64,000 nt of DNA, taken from NCBI GenBank assembly GCA_018882895.1, contig VERF01000005.1, forward strand, positions 3,378-67,377, in the 5' to 3' direction. The notes beneath the pieces are model-generated. The model ran no database searches, was not told where the DNA came from, and saw nothing but the letters and a program-made list of their open reading frames with translations. The translations under genes and the position numbers were made by a program. Of the stretch, positions 29,267-37,687 are shown one piece after another (position 1 is the stretch's first letter; every line of letters begins with the position of its first letter). Source of the stretch: Candidatus Kapaibacterium sp. (GTDB lineage: Bacteria; Bacteroidota; Ignavibacteria; Kapaibacteriales; Kapaibacteriaceae).

Positions 29267-29575
29267 ATGGAGCACATGGAACAATCTTCACAACTCATTT
29301 CGCGACGCGTCAAGGTGCGTCTCTACGGTCAGGATCATGAGTTCAACGTCGAGCCTGACGAGACCATTCTCTCGGCTGCCCAGCGGGCAAATCTTGATCC
29401 TCCGTACGCATGCCAGATCGGTGCCTGCTGCACATGTCGGGCGCGTCTGGTCTCCGGCACGGCCGTCATGGACGAGCGCGAGGCGCTGTCGGATGACGAG
29501 ATCGCCGACGGATACATTCTCACGTGTCAGGCGCACCCGACGTCTGATGACTGTTTTGCCGACTACGACCAGTAA
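29267..29575 (+). CDS. plant-type 2Fe-2S ferredoxin (equivalent to the PaaE C-terminal domain)
   Basis: 102 aa. PYACQIGACCTCRARLVSG....ILTCQAHP Cys ligand pattern. Starts one codon after the in-frame TAA of the reductase ORF. Confidence 0.85.
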   Translation: MEHMEQSSQLISRRVKVRLYGQDHEFNVEPDETILSAAQRANLDPPYACQIGACCTCRARLVSGTAVMDEREALSDDEIADGYILTCQAHPTSDDCFADYDQ

Positions 29576-29584
29576 GCGTTTGCT

Positions 29585-30019
29585 ATGGTTCGCCTCTCAA
29601 AGCGCATAGAGTATGCTTTGCTGGCCATGCAGGACATGGCCACCAAGCCGGACAGCATTGTCTCGGCCAAGGATGTTGCATCTCATTACGATATCTCCCA
29701 GGCTCTTGTGGCCAAGGTGCTGCAACAGCTAGCCCGCCATGGATTGATCCGCTCCTATGCGGGTTCAACCGGTGGCTACACTCTGGCGCGTGCGGCTGGC
29801 AGCATCAGTATTGCCGAGATCATCGAAGTGATGGAGGGGGCAGGCAAGGCCTTGGTGGATTGCCAGAGCACCGACCATACGTCATGCAGCGCTGAACATG
29901 CTTGTACGATCAAGGAGCCGCTGGGTCGTCTGCAAGATCGCATTCAATCAACATTCAAATCGATGAGCATTGCCGAGCTGGCTGCTCCTCGAGAATTCGT
30001 TCAATTGGAGGTTTTATGA
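29585..30019 (+). CDS. Rrf2 family transcriptional regulator (IscR/SufR-like role inferred)
   Basis: MVRLSKRIEYALLAMQDMA N-terminus, a winged helix, and three Cys (C-x7-C-x5-C: VDCQSTDHTSCSAEHAC) that could ligate a cluster. Confidence 0.9.
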   Translation: MVRLSKRIEYALLAMQDMATKPDSIVSAKDVASHYDISQALVAKVLQQLARHGLIRSYAGSTGGYTLARAAGSISIAEIIEVMEGAGKALVDCQSTDHTSCSAEHACTIKEPLGRLQDRIQSTFKSMSIAELAAPREFVQLEVL

Positions 30020-30414
30020 GCGTCACCATGATCGGAGACGACGTTGTTTCGATCCCAACCGGTGTGACCGGAACGGACGAGAACGACAACATCATTATCA
30101 CATCAAAGGCCATCGTCGAGGTCAAGAAGATCAAAGAGCAGAACTCCATCGCCGATGATTATGGTCTGCGCCTCGGCGTCAAGGGAGGGGGCTGCTCCGG
30201 CATGTCGTACACACTCGGATTCGATGCGACGGCCAAGGAGAATGACCTTGTGCTCGATGCCGACGGGGTGCGCGTCTTTATCGATGCCAAGAGCATGTTC
30301 TACCTTATGGGCATGACGCTGGACTTCAGCGACGGGTTGATGGGGAAGGGATTCACCTTCAACAACCCCAATGCCACCAAGACCTGCGGCTGCGGAAGCA
30401 GTTTCGGCGTCTGA
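30016..30414 (+). CDS. A-type Fe-S carrier (IscA/SufA/ErpA/HesB family)
   Basis: Track ORF 29902..30414. ATG 30016 follows GGAGG and overlaps the Rrf2 stop (ATGA). GGCSGMSY motif and C-terminal CGCGSSFGV. Confidence 0.9.
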   Translation: MSVTMIGDDVVSIPTGVTGTDENDNIIITSKAIVEVKKIKEQNSIADDYGLRLGVKGGGCSGMSYTLGFDATAKENDLVLDADGVRVFIDAKSMFYLMGMTLDFSDGLMGKGFTFNNPNATKTCGCGSSFGV

Positions 30415-30455
30415 TCGATCGACACATCACTTCATCATCCAACCCTGAGGTACAC

Positions 30456-31079
30456 ATGGCCTACGAATGGAAATTCAATCCACGTCCGTACAGCGACGAG
30501 GAAGCAAAGGAACTGCTCAAGGACGTGATCTCTCCCGAGACAACAGACTGGCACTACAACACCCACCACAAGGGATACGTGACGTTCCTGAACAAGATCG
30601 AAGCCGGTCTTCAGAACGCAGATCGTGCCTCCGCAAATGGCAACTGGAGCGACGTTGGTGAACTCAAGCGACGCTTTACATGGAACCATGCCGGTACGGT
30701 CCTGCACGACGTCTACTGGGAAGTCATGGGCGGTGACGGTGACCCGTCGAAAGGTCCGGACGTGCTGGCTGCCATCGAACAGGAGTATGGATCATTCGAT
30801 GCTTGGAAGGCCGACTTCAAGGCATCTGCACTCGCAGCAAAGCTTTCCGGATGGGGCGTGCTGTGCATCGATTCACTTTATTCGGGAAGACTCCTGAACG
30901 TACTCGTCGATGAGCATCACTATGGCGCCATTTGGGGCGGCCTGCCGCTTGTAGCATGTGACGTGTTCGAACACGCCTACTATCACAAGAGCGGTCCGGG
31001 ACGTGCCGGTTATATCGACGCGTTTCTGAACAACCTGCACTGGGGTCGCATCAACGACCGTTATCTCAAGCTTCGTTGA
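30456..31079 (+). CDS. sod: Fe/Mn-family superoxide dismutase
   Basis: 207 aa. Metal-ligand context WHYNTHHKGYV, NHAGTVLH and DVFEHAYY. Confidence 0.85.
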   Translation: MAYEWKFNPRPYSDEEAKELLKDVISPETTDWHYNTHHKGYVTFLNKIEAGLQNADRASANGNWSDVGELKRRFTWNHAGTVLHDVYWEVMGGDGDPSKGPDVLAAIEQEYGSFDAWKADFKASALAAKLSGWGVLCIDSLYSGRLLNVLVDEHHYGAIWGGLPLVACDVFEHAYYHKSGPGRAGYIDAFLNNLHWGRINDRYLKLR

Positions 31080-31705
31080 TGACCCTTGGACTGTTTCCAC
31101 TGGACATCGTTCTTTTTCCGCAGGTCCGATATCCGCTTCACATCTTCGAACCTCGCTACAAGGCACTCATTAACGAGTGCATTGAGCGAGGTTCGGAGTT
31201 TGGGATCAACCTGATCGATAACGGCCAGCTGCACTCCGTTGGTTGCTCGGCTCTGGTGGTCGACATCGCCGAGAAATATCCGGATGGGCGGATGGACATT
31301 GTCGTTGAGGGAGTTGCCAGGTACAAGGTCCTTGACCTCGTTCCCACCGACCATCCATATACGGTCGCCAACGTCGAGGAATACCTTGATTCAAGCCTCG
31401 ATTACGATGCTGCGCTCTGCGCATCTGTCCTGGAAACGTACAATCGTATTGTTAGCCTCGTCTATGGTCTGGCGGCACCAACGTTGACTGAGGATGTGCT
31501 TTCGGCTGCGCCGTCGTTTGACATGGCACCAAAGTCGGGTCTGAGCAAGATGCAACGTCAAATGCTTCTTGAACTGCGTGACGAGAACACGCGGCTAACG
31601 CTGCTGAAAACTCACTATGATGACGTTATGCCTTCGGTTGACAAGGCCGACATGATCCAGCGCGTGGTGAAGAACGACGGTTATCTACGATTGGATGAGG
31701 GCTGA
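31079..31705 (+). CDS. LON N-terminal (substrate-binding) domain protein
   Basis: ATG 31079 overlaps the sod stop (TGATG). LFPLDIVLFPQVRYPLHIFEPRYKALI is the Lon N-domain signature. No ATPase or protease domain is present. Confidence 0.8.
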   Translation: MTLGLFPLDIVLFPQVRYPLHIFEPRYKALINECIERGSEFGINLIDNGQLHSVGCSALVVDIAEKYPDGRMDIVVEGVARYKVLDLVPTDHPYTVANVEEYLDSSLDYDAALCASVLETYNRIVSLVYGLAAPTLTEDVLSAAPSFDMAPKSGLSKMQRQMLLELRDENTRLTLLKTHYDDVMPSVDKADMIQRVVKNDGYLRLDEG

Positions 31706-32308
31706 TCAGCCCCCTGCATTCGGACCAGCAGTATTGATCTTTTGCATGGCCATGGATGGGCCGGACTTGGCGATCTGGCGGATCGCTTCGCAAGTCTTCT
31801 GGATCATCTCCGCCTGCGCCTGCTTCTGGCTCTCATCAAACTCAGACAGAACGTAGTCCACCAGCTGGCCCGGCCCGAACTGCCGATCGATGCCACACCG
31901 AAGGCGCCAGAAATTCGCTGACTCAAGCTCGTCGATCACCGATGCCACGCCATTGTGTCCTCCTGCGCTGCCCCCTTGCCTGAGATGGATCTTGCCAACA
32001 GGGAAGTTGTACTCGTCGGTGATGACGATGATGTGCGCCGGCCCGATAGAAAGCTCTCGCGAGCGTTTCGTGACTGCCCGCCCTGACAAATTCATGTAGG
32101 TAAGGGGCTTTATGAGAACCAACTCTACGCCGGCATGTCGCACGCGAGCCTCGTCATAGAGGGAAGACGGATGCGCCCATGCCACAGAACACGCCTCGGC
32201 GAAGGCATCAAGCACCATGAATCCGATGTTGTGACGCGTCCGGGCATACTCCTGTCCAGGATTGCCGAGTCCGACGATCATCAATGTCGATCGAGAGGAA
32301 CTGCTCAT
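31706..32308 (-). CDS. pth: peptidyl-tRNA hydrolase
   Basis: LMIVGLGNPGQEYARTRHNIGF signature. The track ORF begins at a TTG (32317), but ATG 32308 (MSSSSRSTLMIVGL) sits 6 nt downstream of a -7 motif. Confidence 0.92.
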   Translation of the reverse strand: MSSSSRSTLMIVGLGNPGQEYARTRHNIGFMVLDAFAEACSVAWAHPSSLYDEARVRHAGVELVLIKPLTYMNLSGRAVTKRSRELSIGPAHIIVITDEYNFPVGKIHLRQGGSAGGHNGVASVIDELESANFWRLRCGIDRQFGPGQLVDYVLSEFDESQKQAQAEMIQKTCEAIRQIAKSGPSMAMQKINTAGPNAGG

Positions 32309-32314
32309 AATGTG

Positions 32315-32322
32315 CAAACCTA
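32315..32322 (-). promoter_or_regulatory. candidate -7 promoter element TAGGTTTG, 6 nt before the pth ATG
   Basis: The + strand reads CAAACCTA. The 6-nt spacing to the ATG is the same as at sufB. Confidence 0.4.
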
Positions 32323-32423
32323 CGCACGCTGAGCTTCGGTTTCCCGACGGCCCGACGCAGGCCGTTTGCTATATTGCGGCTTGTCGTAACGGTAAGTGAC
32401 ACTACAGACGGAACCATAGAAGT

Positions 32424-33998
32424 ATGGGCGTGTCAGCGCTGCTTGTAACCTTGTTCGGGCCCCTACTGGGTTCGCTCGCCATTCTGTTCATCCAACGCGA
32501 TCAGACTTCGGCGATTAAGCGAACCGCACTGGTGTTCTCGTTAGTCACCTTCGTGATGTCGCTGCTGTTGATCCCGTCGTTCGATGCCTCGAGCACGGCC
32601 CTGCAGTTCGTGGTCAATCAGCCCTGGATCACGGCGCTCGACGCCGGATTCCGGATCGGCGTTGACGGGATCTCTCTGCCGCTGGTGCTGCTGACGACGC
32701 TGATCATGCCGATCGCCCTTCTGGCATCGTTCGATCCGATCCAAAAGAGCGTCAAGGAATACTACGTTCTGATGCTGCTGCTGCAGTTCGGTATGACGGG
32801 AGTGTTTGTGGCATGGGATACGTTCCTGTTCTATGTGTTCTGGGAGCTGATCCTTATTCCGATGTACTTCATCATCGGCATTTGGGGCGGCAAGGATCGC
32901 ATCTATGCTGCGATCAAGTTCTTCTTGTACACTCTTGTCGGTTCGCTGCTGATGCTGGTTGCCATCGTATGGCTGGGTCTTGAGTCGCATTGGGCAGGAC
33001 ACGGTTTCACGGCAGACCTTACCAAGCTCCAGGTCATCGGTTCTCAGGTCGGCTTCAATGTCCAACAGCTGCTGTTCTGGGCATTTGCGATCTCCTTCCT
33101 GATCAAAGTTCCGCTCTTCCCTCTGCACACGTGGCTTCCTGACGCGCACGTGCAGGCACCTACTGCCGGCTCGGTCATCCTTGCCGGTGTGCTTCTGAAA
33201 CTTGGCACGTATGGTCTGATCCGATTCAACCTCGGACTGTTCCCGCAGGCATCGGTTCATTTTGCTGAGCTCATCAGTGTGTTCGCCGTCATTGGCATTG
33301 TCTACGGCGCCCTTGTGGCGATGGTGCAGACGGACATCAAGAAACTCGTTGCCTATTCATCGGTCAGCCACCTTGGCTTCGTGGTACTGGGAATCTTTTC
33401 GGTCACAACCGAGGGTGTTCAGGGTGCGGTCCTGCAAATGGTGAACCACGGAATCTCGACTCCGATGCTCTTCCTTTGCGTGGGCGTGCTGTATGAGCGT
33501 CGTCACACGCGCGAGATCGCCGATTATGGTGGCATCACAAAGGTCATGCCTCGCTTTGCCGTCCTGTTCGCCATCGCAATGTTCGCTTCGGTGGGTCTGC
33601 CGGGTCTCAACGGTTTTGTTGGCGAGTTCCTGACGCTTCTCGGCGCATTCAAGAGTGCTACGCTCGGCTCGCAGGTATATGCAATTGTCAGCGCCAGCGG
33701 CGTGATCTTCGCAGCCGTCTATTTGCTGTGGATGTTCCAGCGTGTGATGTTCGGCACCAACGACAACGCCGAGAACCACCATTTGCGTGATCTGAATCGC
33801 AGTGAGTATTGGCAGCTGGTGCCGTTGGCTTTGCTCTGCATCTGGCTCGGCGTTAACCCCAAGCCCCTTATGAACTTCTCGGAAGGCGGCGTCAAGGCCG
33901 TCGTCCAATGGGTGAGCGACCCGGCAAAGTCGGCGCCAACCATCACCACTGGTGCTGCCAAGACCGAAGCGCATCACTCAACGAACACGCACCGCTGA
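32424..33998 (+). CDS. nuoM: NADH-quinone oxidoreductase subunit M
   Basis: 524 aa polytopic antiporter-like subunit. WLPDAHVQAPTAGSVILAGVLLKLGTYG motif, NuoM-like length. Confidence 0.92.
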   Translation: MGVSALLVTLFGPLLGSLAILFIQRDQTSAIKRTALVFSLVTFVMSLLLIPSFDASSTALQFVVNQPWITALDAGFRIGVDGISLPLVLLTTLIMPIALLASFDPIQKSVKEYYVLMLLLQFGMTGVFVAWDTFLFYVFWELILIPMYFIIGIWGGKDRIYAAIKFFLYTLVGSLLMLVAIVWLGLESHWAGHGFTADLTKLQVIGSQVGFNVQQLLFWAFAISFLIKVPLFPLHTWLPDAHVQAPTAGSVILAGVLLKLGTYGLIRFNLGLFPQASVHFAELISVFAVIGIVYGALVAMVQTDIKKLVAYSSVSHLGFVVLGIFSVTTEGVQGAVLQMVNHGISTPMLFLCVGVLYERRHTREIADYGGITKVMPRFAVLFAIAMFASVGLPGLNGFVGEFLTLLGAFKSATLGSQVYAIVSASGVIFAAVYLLWMFQRVMFGTNDNAENHHLRDLNRSEYWQLVPLALLCIWLGVNPKPLMNFSEGGVKAVVQWVSDPAKSAPTITTGAAKTEAHHSTNTHR

Positions 33999-34020
33999 AC
34001 CCGAGATCGAGGACCTCTCA

Positions 34021-35451
34021 ATGAACATCGACTTCTTTGGATCGCTTCCGCTGATCGTCATCTGGCTTGCTCTCGGAGCGGTCGGTATTGTCATCCAGGC
34101 GTTTGTTCGCAACAACACGCGTCTGATCTTCGGCTACTATGTGGCGACGCTGTGCGGCACTGCGCTGCTGGCTATTCTAACGGCCGGACACAAGAATGTG
34201 GCTTTCAGTGGAATGGTCACGTTAGGGGGCTTCCCGAACTACTTTGATGTGCTCTTCTGCGGTGCCGGATTGCTGACGATGCTTGCTGCACGTCCGTATC
34301 TGCAACGCGAGAATGCCGAGCTCGATGAGTTCTATACTCTGCTTGTATCTGCCGTTGCAGGCATGATGTTCATGGCCCACGCCAACAACCTTCTTGTGTT
34401 GTTCGTCGGCGTTGAGCTCATGTCGATCTCATTCTATGTAATGGCAGGATTCTTCCGCACCAATTCTCGAAGCATCGAAGCCGGACTCAAGTACTTCCTG
34501 TTGGGCGCGTTCGCATCGGGCTTCCTGGTGTACGGTATGGCGCTCATCTATGGCGCTACCGGTTCGCTTCAGTATGACATCATTGCCAAGAACATTGCCA
34601 CCGGTGCAGTGAACTTCCCGGCACTGCTTTCGATCGGTGCCGTGCTGATGGCAGTGGCCCTTGGCTTCAAGGTCGCGGCATTCCCGTTCCACCAGTGGGC
34701 GCCTGATGTCTATGAAGGGGCCCCATCGGTTGTGACGGCTTTCATGAGCACAGCCGGAAAGTCCGCCGCATTTGCTGCATTCATCACGGTCTTCTGGGCT
34801 CTGATGCCTCATGGAAATGCGCTCACACCGAAGCTGCAGAACATGCTTGCCATCGTATCCGCAGTGACCATGCTGATCGGCAACATCACGGCGATATCTC
34901 AGACAAACGTCAAGCGCATGCTCGCTTACTCGTCGGTTGCGCACGCCGGATATCTCCTTATGGGCTTGGTGGCCAACACGCATGCCGGTGGTTCGGCGAT
35001 CGTGTTCTACGTCACGTCCTACGTCTTCATGCAGCTTGGTGCCTTCGTGGTCGTTGGCATTCTTGAGCGTGGAAACGAACAGCACCTCGAGATCAGCGAC
35101 TATGCCGGACTTGCCAAGCGCGAGCCGGTGCTTGCCTTTGCCATGGCGGTGTTCATGTTCGCCTTGGCAGGCATTCCGCCCCTTGCCGGCTTCTTCGGCA
35201 AATACCTGCTCTTCGTGGCCGCCATTGATGCGGGATTCCTGTGGCTGACCTTGGTGGCGGTGCTTTCATCGATCGTAAGCGCTTACTTCTACCTGGGCCT
35301 CATCGTGAAGATGTACTTCTCCGAGTCACAGGCTCATCACGAACCAAATCCTGCCGGCATGGCAGGTATCTCGCTGGTTGTGGCCGCAACGGCCAGCATC
35401 GTCCTCGGTCTGTTCACCACGCAGCTGCTGTCGGTCTACAGCACGTGGTAG
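34021..35451 (+). CDS. nuoN: NADH-quinone oxidoreductase subunit N
   Basis: Track ORF 33952..35451. ATG 34021 gives MNIDFFGSLPLIVIW. Antiporter-like motifs FHQWAPDVYEGAPSVVTAF and KRMLAYSSVAHAGY. Confidence 0.9.
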   Translation: MNIDFFGSLPLIVIWLALGAVGIVIQAFVRNNTRLIFGYYVATLCGTALLAILTAGHKNVAFSGMVTLGGFPNYFDVLFCGAGLLTMLAARPYLQRENAELDEFYTLLVSAVAGMMFMAHANNLLVLFVGVELMSISFYVMAGFFRTNSRSIEAGLKYFLLGAFASGFLVYGMALIYGATGSLQYDIIAKNIATGAVNFPALLSIGAVLMAVALGFKVAAFPFHQWAPDVYEGAPSVVTAFMSTAGKSAAFAAFITVFWALMPHGNALTPKLQNMLAIVSAVTMLIGNITAISQTNVKRMLAYSSVAHAGYLLMGLVANTHAGGSAIVFYVTSYVFMQLGAFVVVGILERGNEQHLEISDYAGLAKREPVLAFAMAVFMFALAGIPPLAGFFGKYLLFVAAIDAGFLWLTLVAVLSSIVSAYFYLGLIVKMYFSESQAHHEPNPAGMAGISLVVAATASIVLGLFTTQLLSVYSTW

Positions 35452-35473
35452 AGGTAACAGGCGCCTGATTCCC

Positions 35474-37687
35474 ATGCTAAGGTGGTTCGGCTGTGTGGTC
35501 CTGATGCTCTTGGCATCGGGCTCGATTTTGGCACAGAAGGTCGAACTGTACTGGGACGACGCCAACAAGGAAAGCCGCGTCATCTCCTTCGGGGTGATCC
35601 CGAGCACTATTGCCGTTCAGCGTCGAGTGGTACTTCGTAACGCCACTTCGGCTGACGTGTTTGTGCGCACCGTCCGACTCAACCGGCAGGGCACGACCTC
35701 GCCGATCATTGATGAGTTCCTCGTCAGCCCCACCACAGTGACCATTCTGCAGTCGCAGCGGCGCGATACGATTTCGATCAACTACAATGCCGCTCAGCTT
35801 CCGCAGTTTGTTGACACGTTGGTGGATGTCGACCTTGTTGTGCAGGTCCTCGACACTCTGAACGGTCCCGTTGTCGAATCACACACCTTCCGGATGCTGG
35901 CCCGCAAGACGCCCCGAGCACTCGGTACTCTCGATACTTGGATCGCCTTCGATTCGGTCTATGTCAATTCGGCATGTGCCAAGCGCGATACGATCCCGGT
36001 GTCGAATCTCAGCACCATCGGCATCAGTATTGCACGGCAACAGACGCGAGTGCGGACGCCGTATATGGGGCGACCCGAGATCATCGTCGACACGTTCCCT
36101 CAGCTACGCATTCCCGAGCGAACCGATGTGTCGTGGAAGGCGCGCTACCAGCCCCTTGACCGAGGACGTGACAGTGCAGATTTCGTGATCGTGTATTCGA
36201 ATCCGGACAATGCTTCTGACTCGGTCCACGTGTTACAGGTCAGCGGCATCGGGGTTGAACAGCAGATTGAGCTGCAGAGCCTCGTTCCATTGTCGGGAGG
36301 GGGCGATGTGTTGCGCCGCGGACGTGACACGATCGACATCAGCAACGTTGCCGCCGGCGCCGGCGGTATAACGTTTGGTGTTGTCATTAGCAATGAGGGC
36401 AACGTCGACATCGGCGTCGACAGCGTTCGGATCGCCGAATTGGGACTACCATCGCCGTACCTAACGGTTGTGCGTCCGTTCTCATCGGTCATCCCGGTTG
36501 GGACTACAGACACCATGATCGTTCGCTTCGATGCAGATGCCGATCTGCGCCACGTGGCCGACCTGCTGGTTCATACAAACATCGCCCGACGAGGCTATGG
36601 ATGTGTACCTGACACGGCGCGGGTTCGCCGTTTCGTCGTCGCCGCACGTGCTACGTCGATCTTCAGCATCACGCCGGAACTTCTTGATCTCGGTACTCTG
36701 ACAACGCGCAAGGAATGCACCAGTCATCGCCTCGTTGGGGTCTTTGAGGTTCGTAATACATCTACCACGACAGCGGTGATCGATTCCGTTACCGTTACGC
36801 CGTCCGGAACCGCCACCCGGGTGTCTCCGGGAGGCTTCACGATCGCAGCCGGAGGCATGGTGCGTCTTGAGGTTGAACTTTCGAAGAACTTCACCGGCAC
36901 GGCCGAGGGGTTGATCACGCTCTGGTCGGCCAGCGGCGAACGCCGCCGGACATTTCGCATCAGGGCTGCGATTGCCGAGCCGGACACGCTCAGTGTCGAA
37001 GTACCCCGGTTCGTATCTAGCCGTCCGGGTTCGATCATTGCAATTCCGGTCATTGCGAAGGGGTACGACGCGCGCGTTCTGCGCTCTGCGACCGTGGAGC
37101 TGACCTATGATCCTCAAGCACTTGTCTTTCAGGGGGCTATCCGGACTGGCACTGCCTCCGAGTCGGCCCAGGTGCAGGCCCAATCATCACCGGGGCGCAC
37201 GCGCCTGCGGCTCGGCTTTGCGCAGGACGCGCCGCCGAGCGATACACTCGTGATGCTGAGGTTCGCCACATTCCTGGCCGACTCGTTCTCGACGTTGATC
37301 TCCTTCGTGGCCGATACCACGGAGTTTGGCTCGGTGGATTGTCCGCGCCTGTATCCGCTCAACATCTCGGGCGGAACGTACTACATTGATTCGGTCTGCG
37401 GGCTTTCCTATAAGACCCTGTCCGGACGAGCATTTCGTGCCGGCGTGCTGCCGAATCCGGCGCAGGACGTGGCCACAATCGCCCTTTCGTCGGCGCCCGG
37501 ATCAGCATTCACGATCCAACTTGTCGATGCTCTTGGAAGGGGCGTCACTGATCCGATGCCAGTGGTAACGGCGCAGCCCCTTGACATCATTCCGGTCGAT
37601 GTTTCGGGCGTGCCACCATCAACCTACACTGTGCTGGTGCGCTCGGCTGATGCCGTGCTCTCTATCCCCCTCGTGGTGCGCCGATGA
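35474..37687 (+). CDS. T9SS-sorted surface protein: multiple two-Cys Ig-like modules, cohesin-like module, type-A CTD
   Basis: Track ORF 35378..37687. ATG 35474 gives signal peptide MLRWFGCVVLMLLASGSILAQ. Cohesin-like segment LSVEVPRFVSSRPGSIIAIPVIAKGY...VELTYDPQALVFQG. Tail AGVLPNPAQDVATIAL...STYTVLVRSADAVLSIPLVVRR. Starts only 22 nt after nuoN. Confidence 0.8.
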   Translation: MLRWFGCVVLMLLASGSILAQKVELYWDDANKESRVISFGVIPSTIAVQRRVVLRNATSADVFVRTVRLNRQGTTSPIIDEFLVSPTTVTILQSQRRDTISINYNAAQLPQFVDTLVDVDLVVQVLDTLNGPVVESHTFRMLARKTPRALGTLDTWIAFDSVYVNSACAKRDTIPVSNLSTIGISIARQQTRVRTPYMGRPEIIVDTFPQLRIPERTDVSWKARYQPLDRGRDSADFVIVYSNPDNASDSVHVLQVSGIGVEQQIELQSLVPLSGGGDVLRRGRDTIDISNVAAGAGGITFGVVISNEGNVDIGVDSVRIAELGLPSPYLTVVRPFSSVIPVGTTDTMIVRFDADADLRHVADLLVHTNIARRGYGCVPDTARVRRFVVAARATSIFSITPELLDLGTLTTRKECTSHRLVGVFEVRNTSTTTAVIDSVTVTPSGTATRVSPGGFTIAAGGMVRLEVELSKNFTGTAEGLITLWSASGERRRTFRIRAAIAEPDTLSVEVPRFVSSRPGSIIAIPVIAKGYDARVLRSATVELTYDPQALVFQGAIRTGTASESAQVQAQSSPGRTRLRLGFAQDAPPSDTLVMLRFATFLADSFSTLISFVADTTEFGSVDCPRLYPLNISGGTYYIDSVCGLSYKTLSGRAFRAGVLPNPAQDVATIALSSAPGSAFTIQLVDALGRGVTDPMPVVTAQPLDIIPVDVSGVPPSTYTVLVRSADAVLSIPLVVRR

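Noticed and set aside
32424-35451. Mrp/Mnh cation antiporter instead of nuoMN
   Set aside because: Only two antiporter-like subunits are present, their lengths and motifs are NuoM/NuoN-like, and there are no small MrpC/E/F/G genes.
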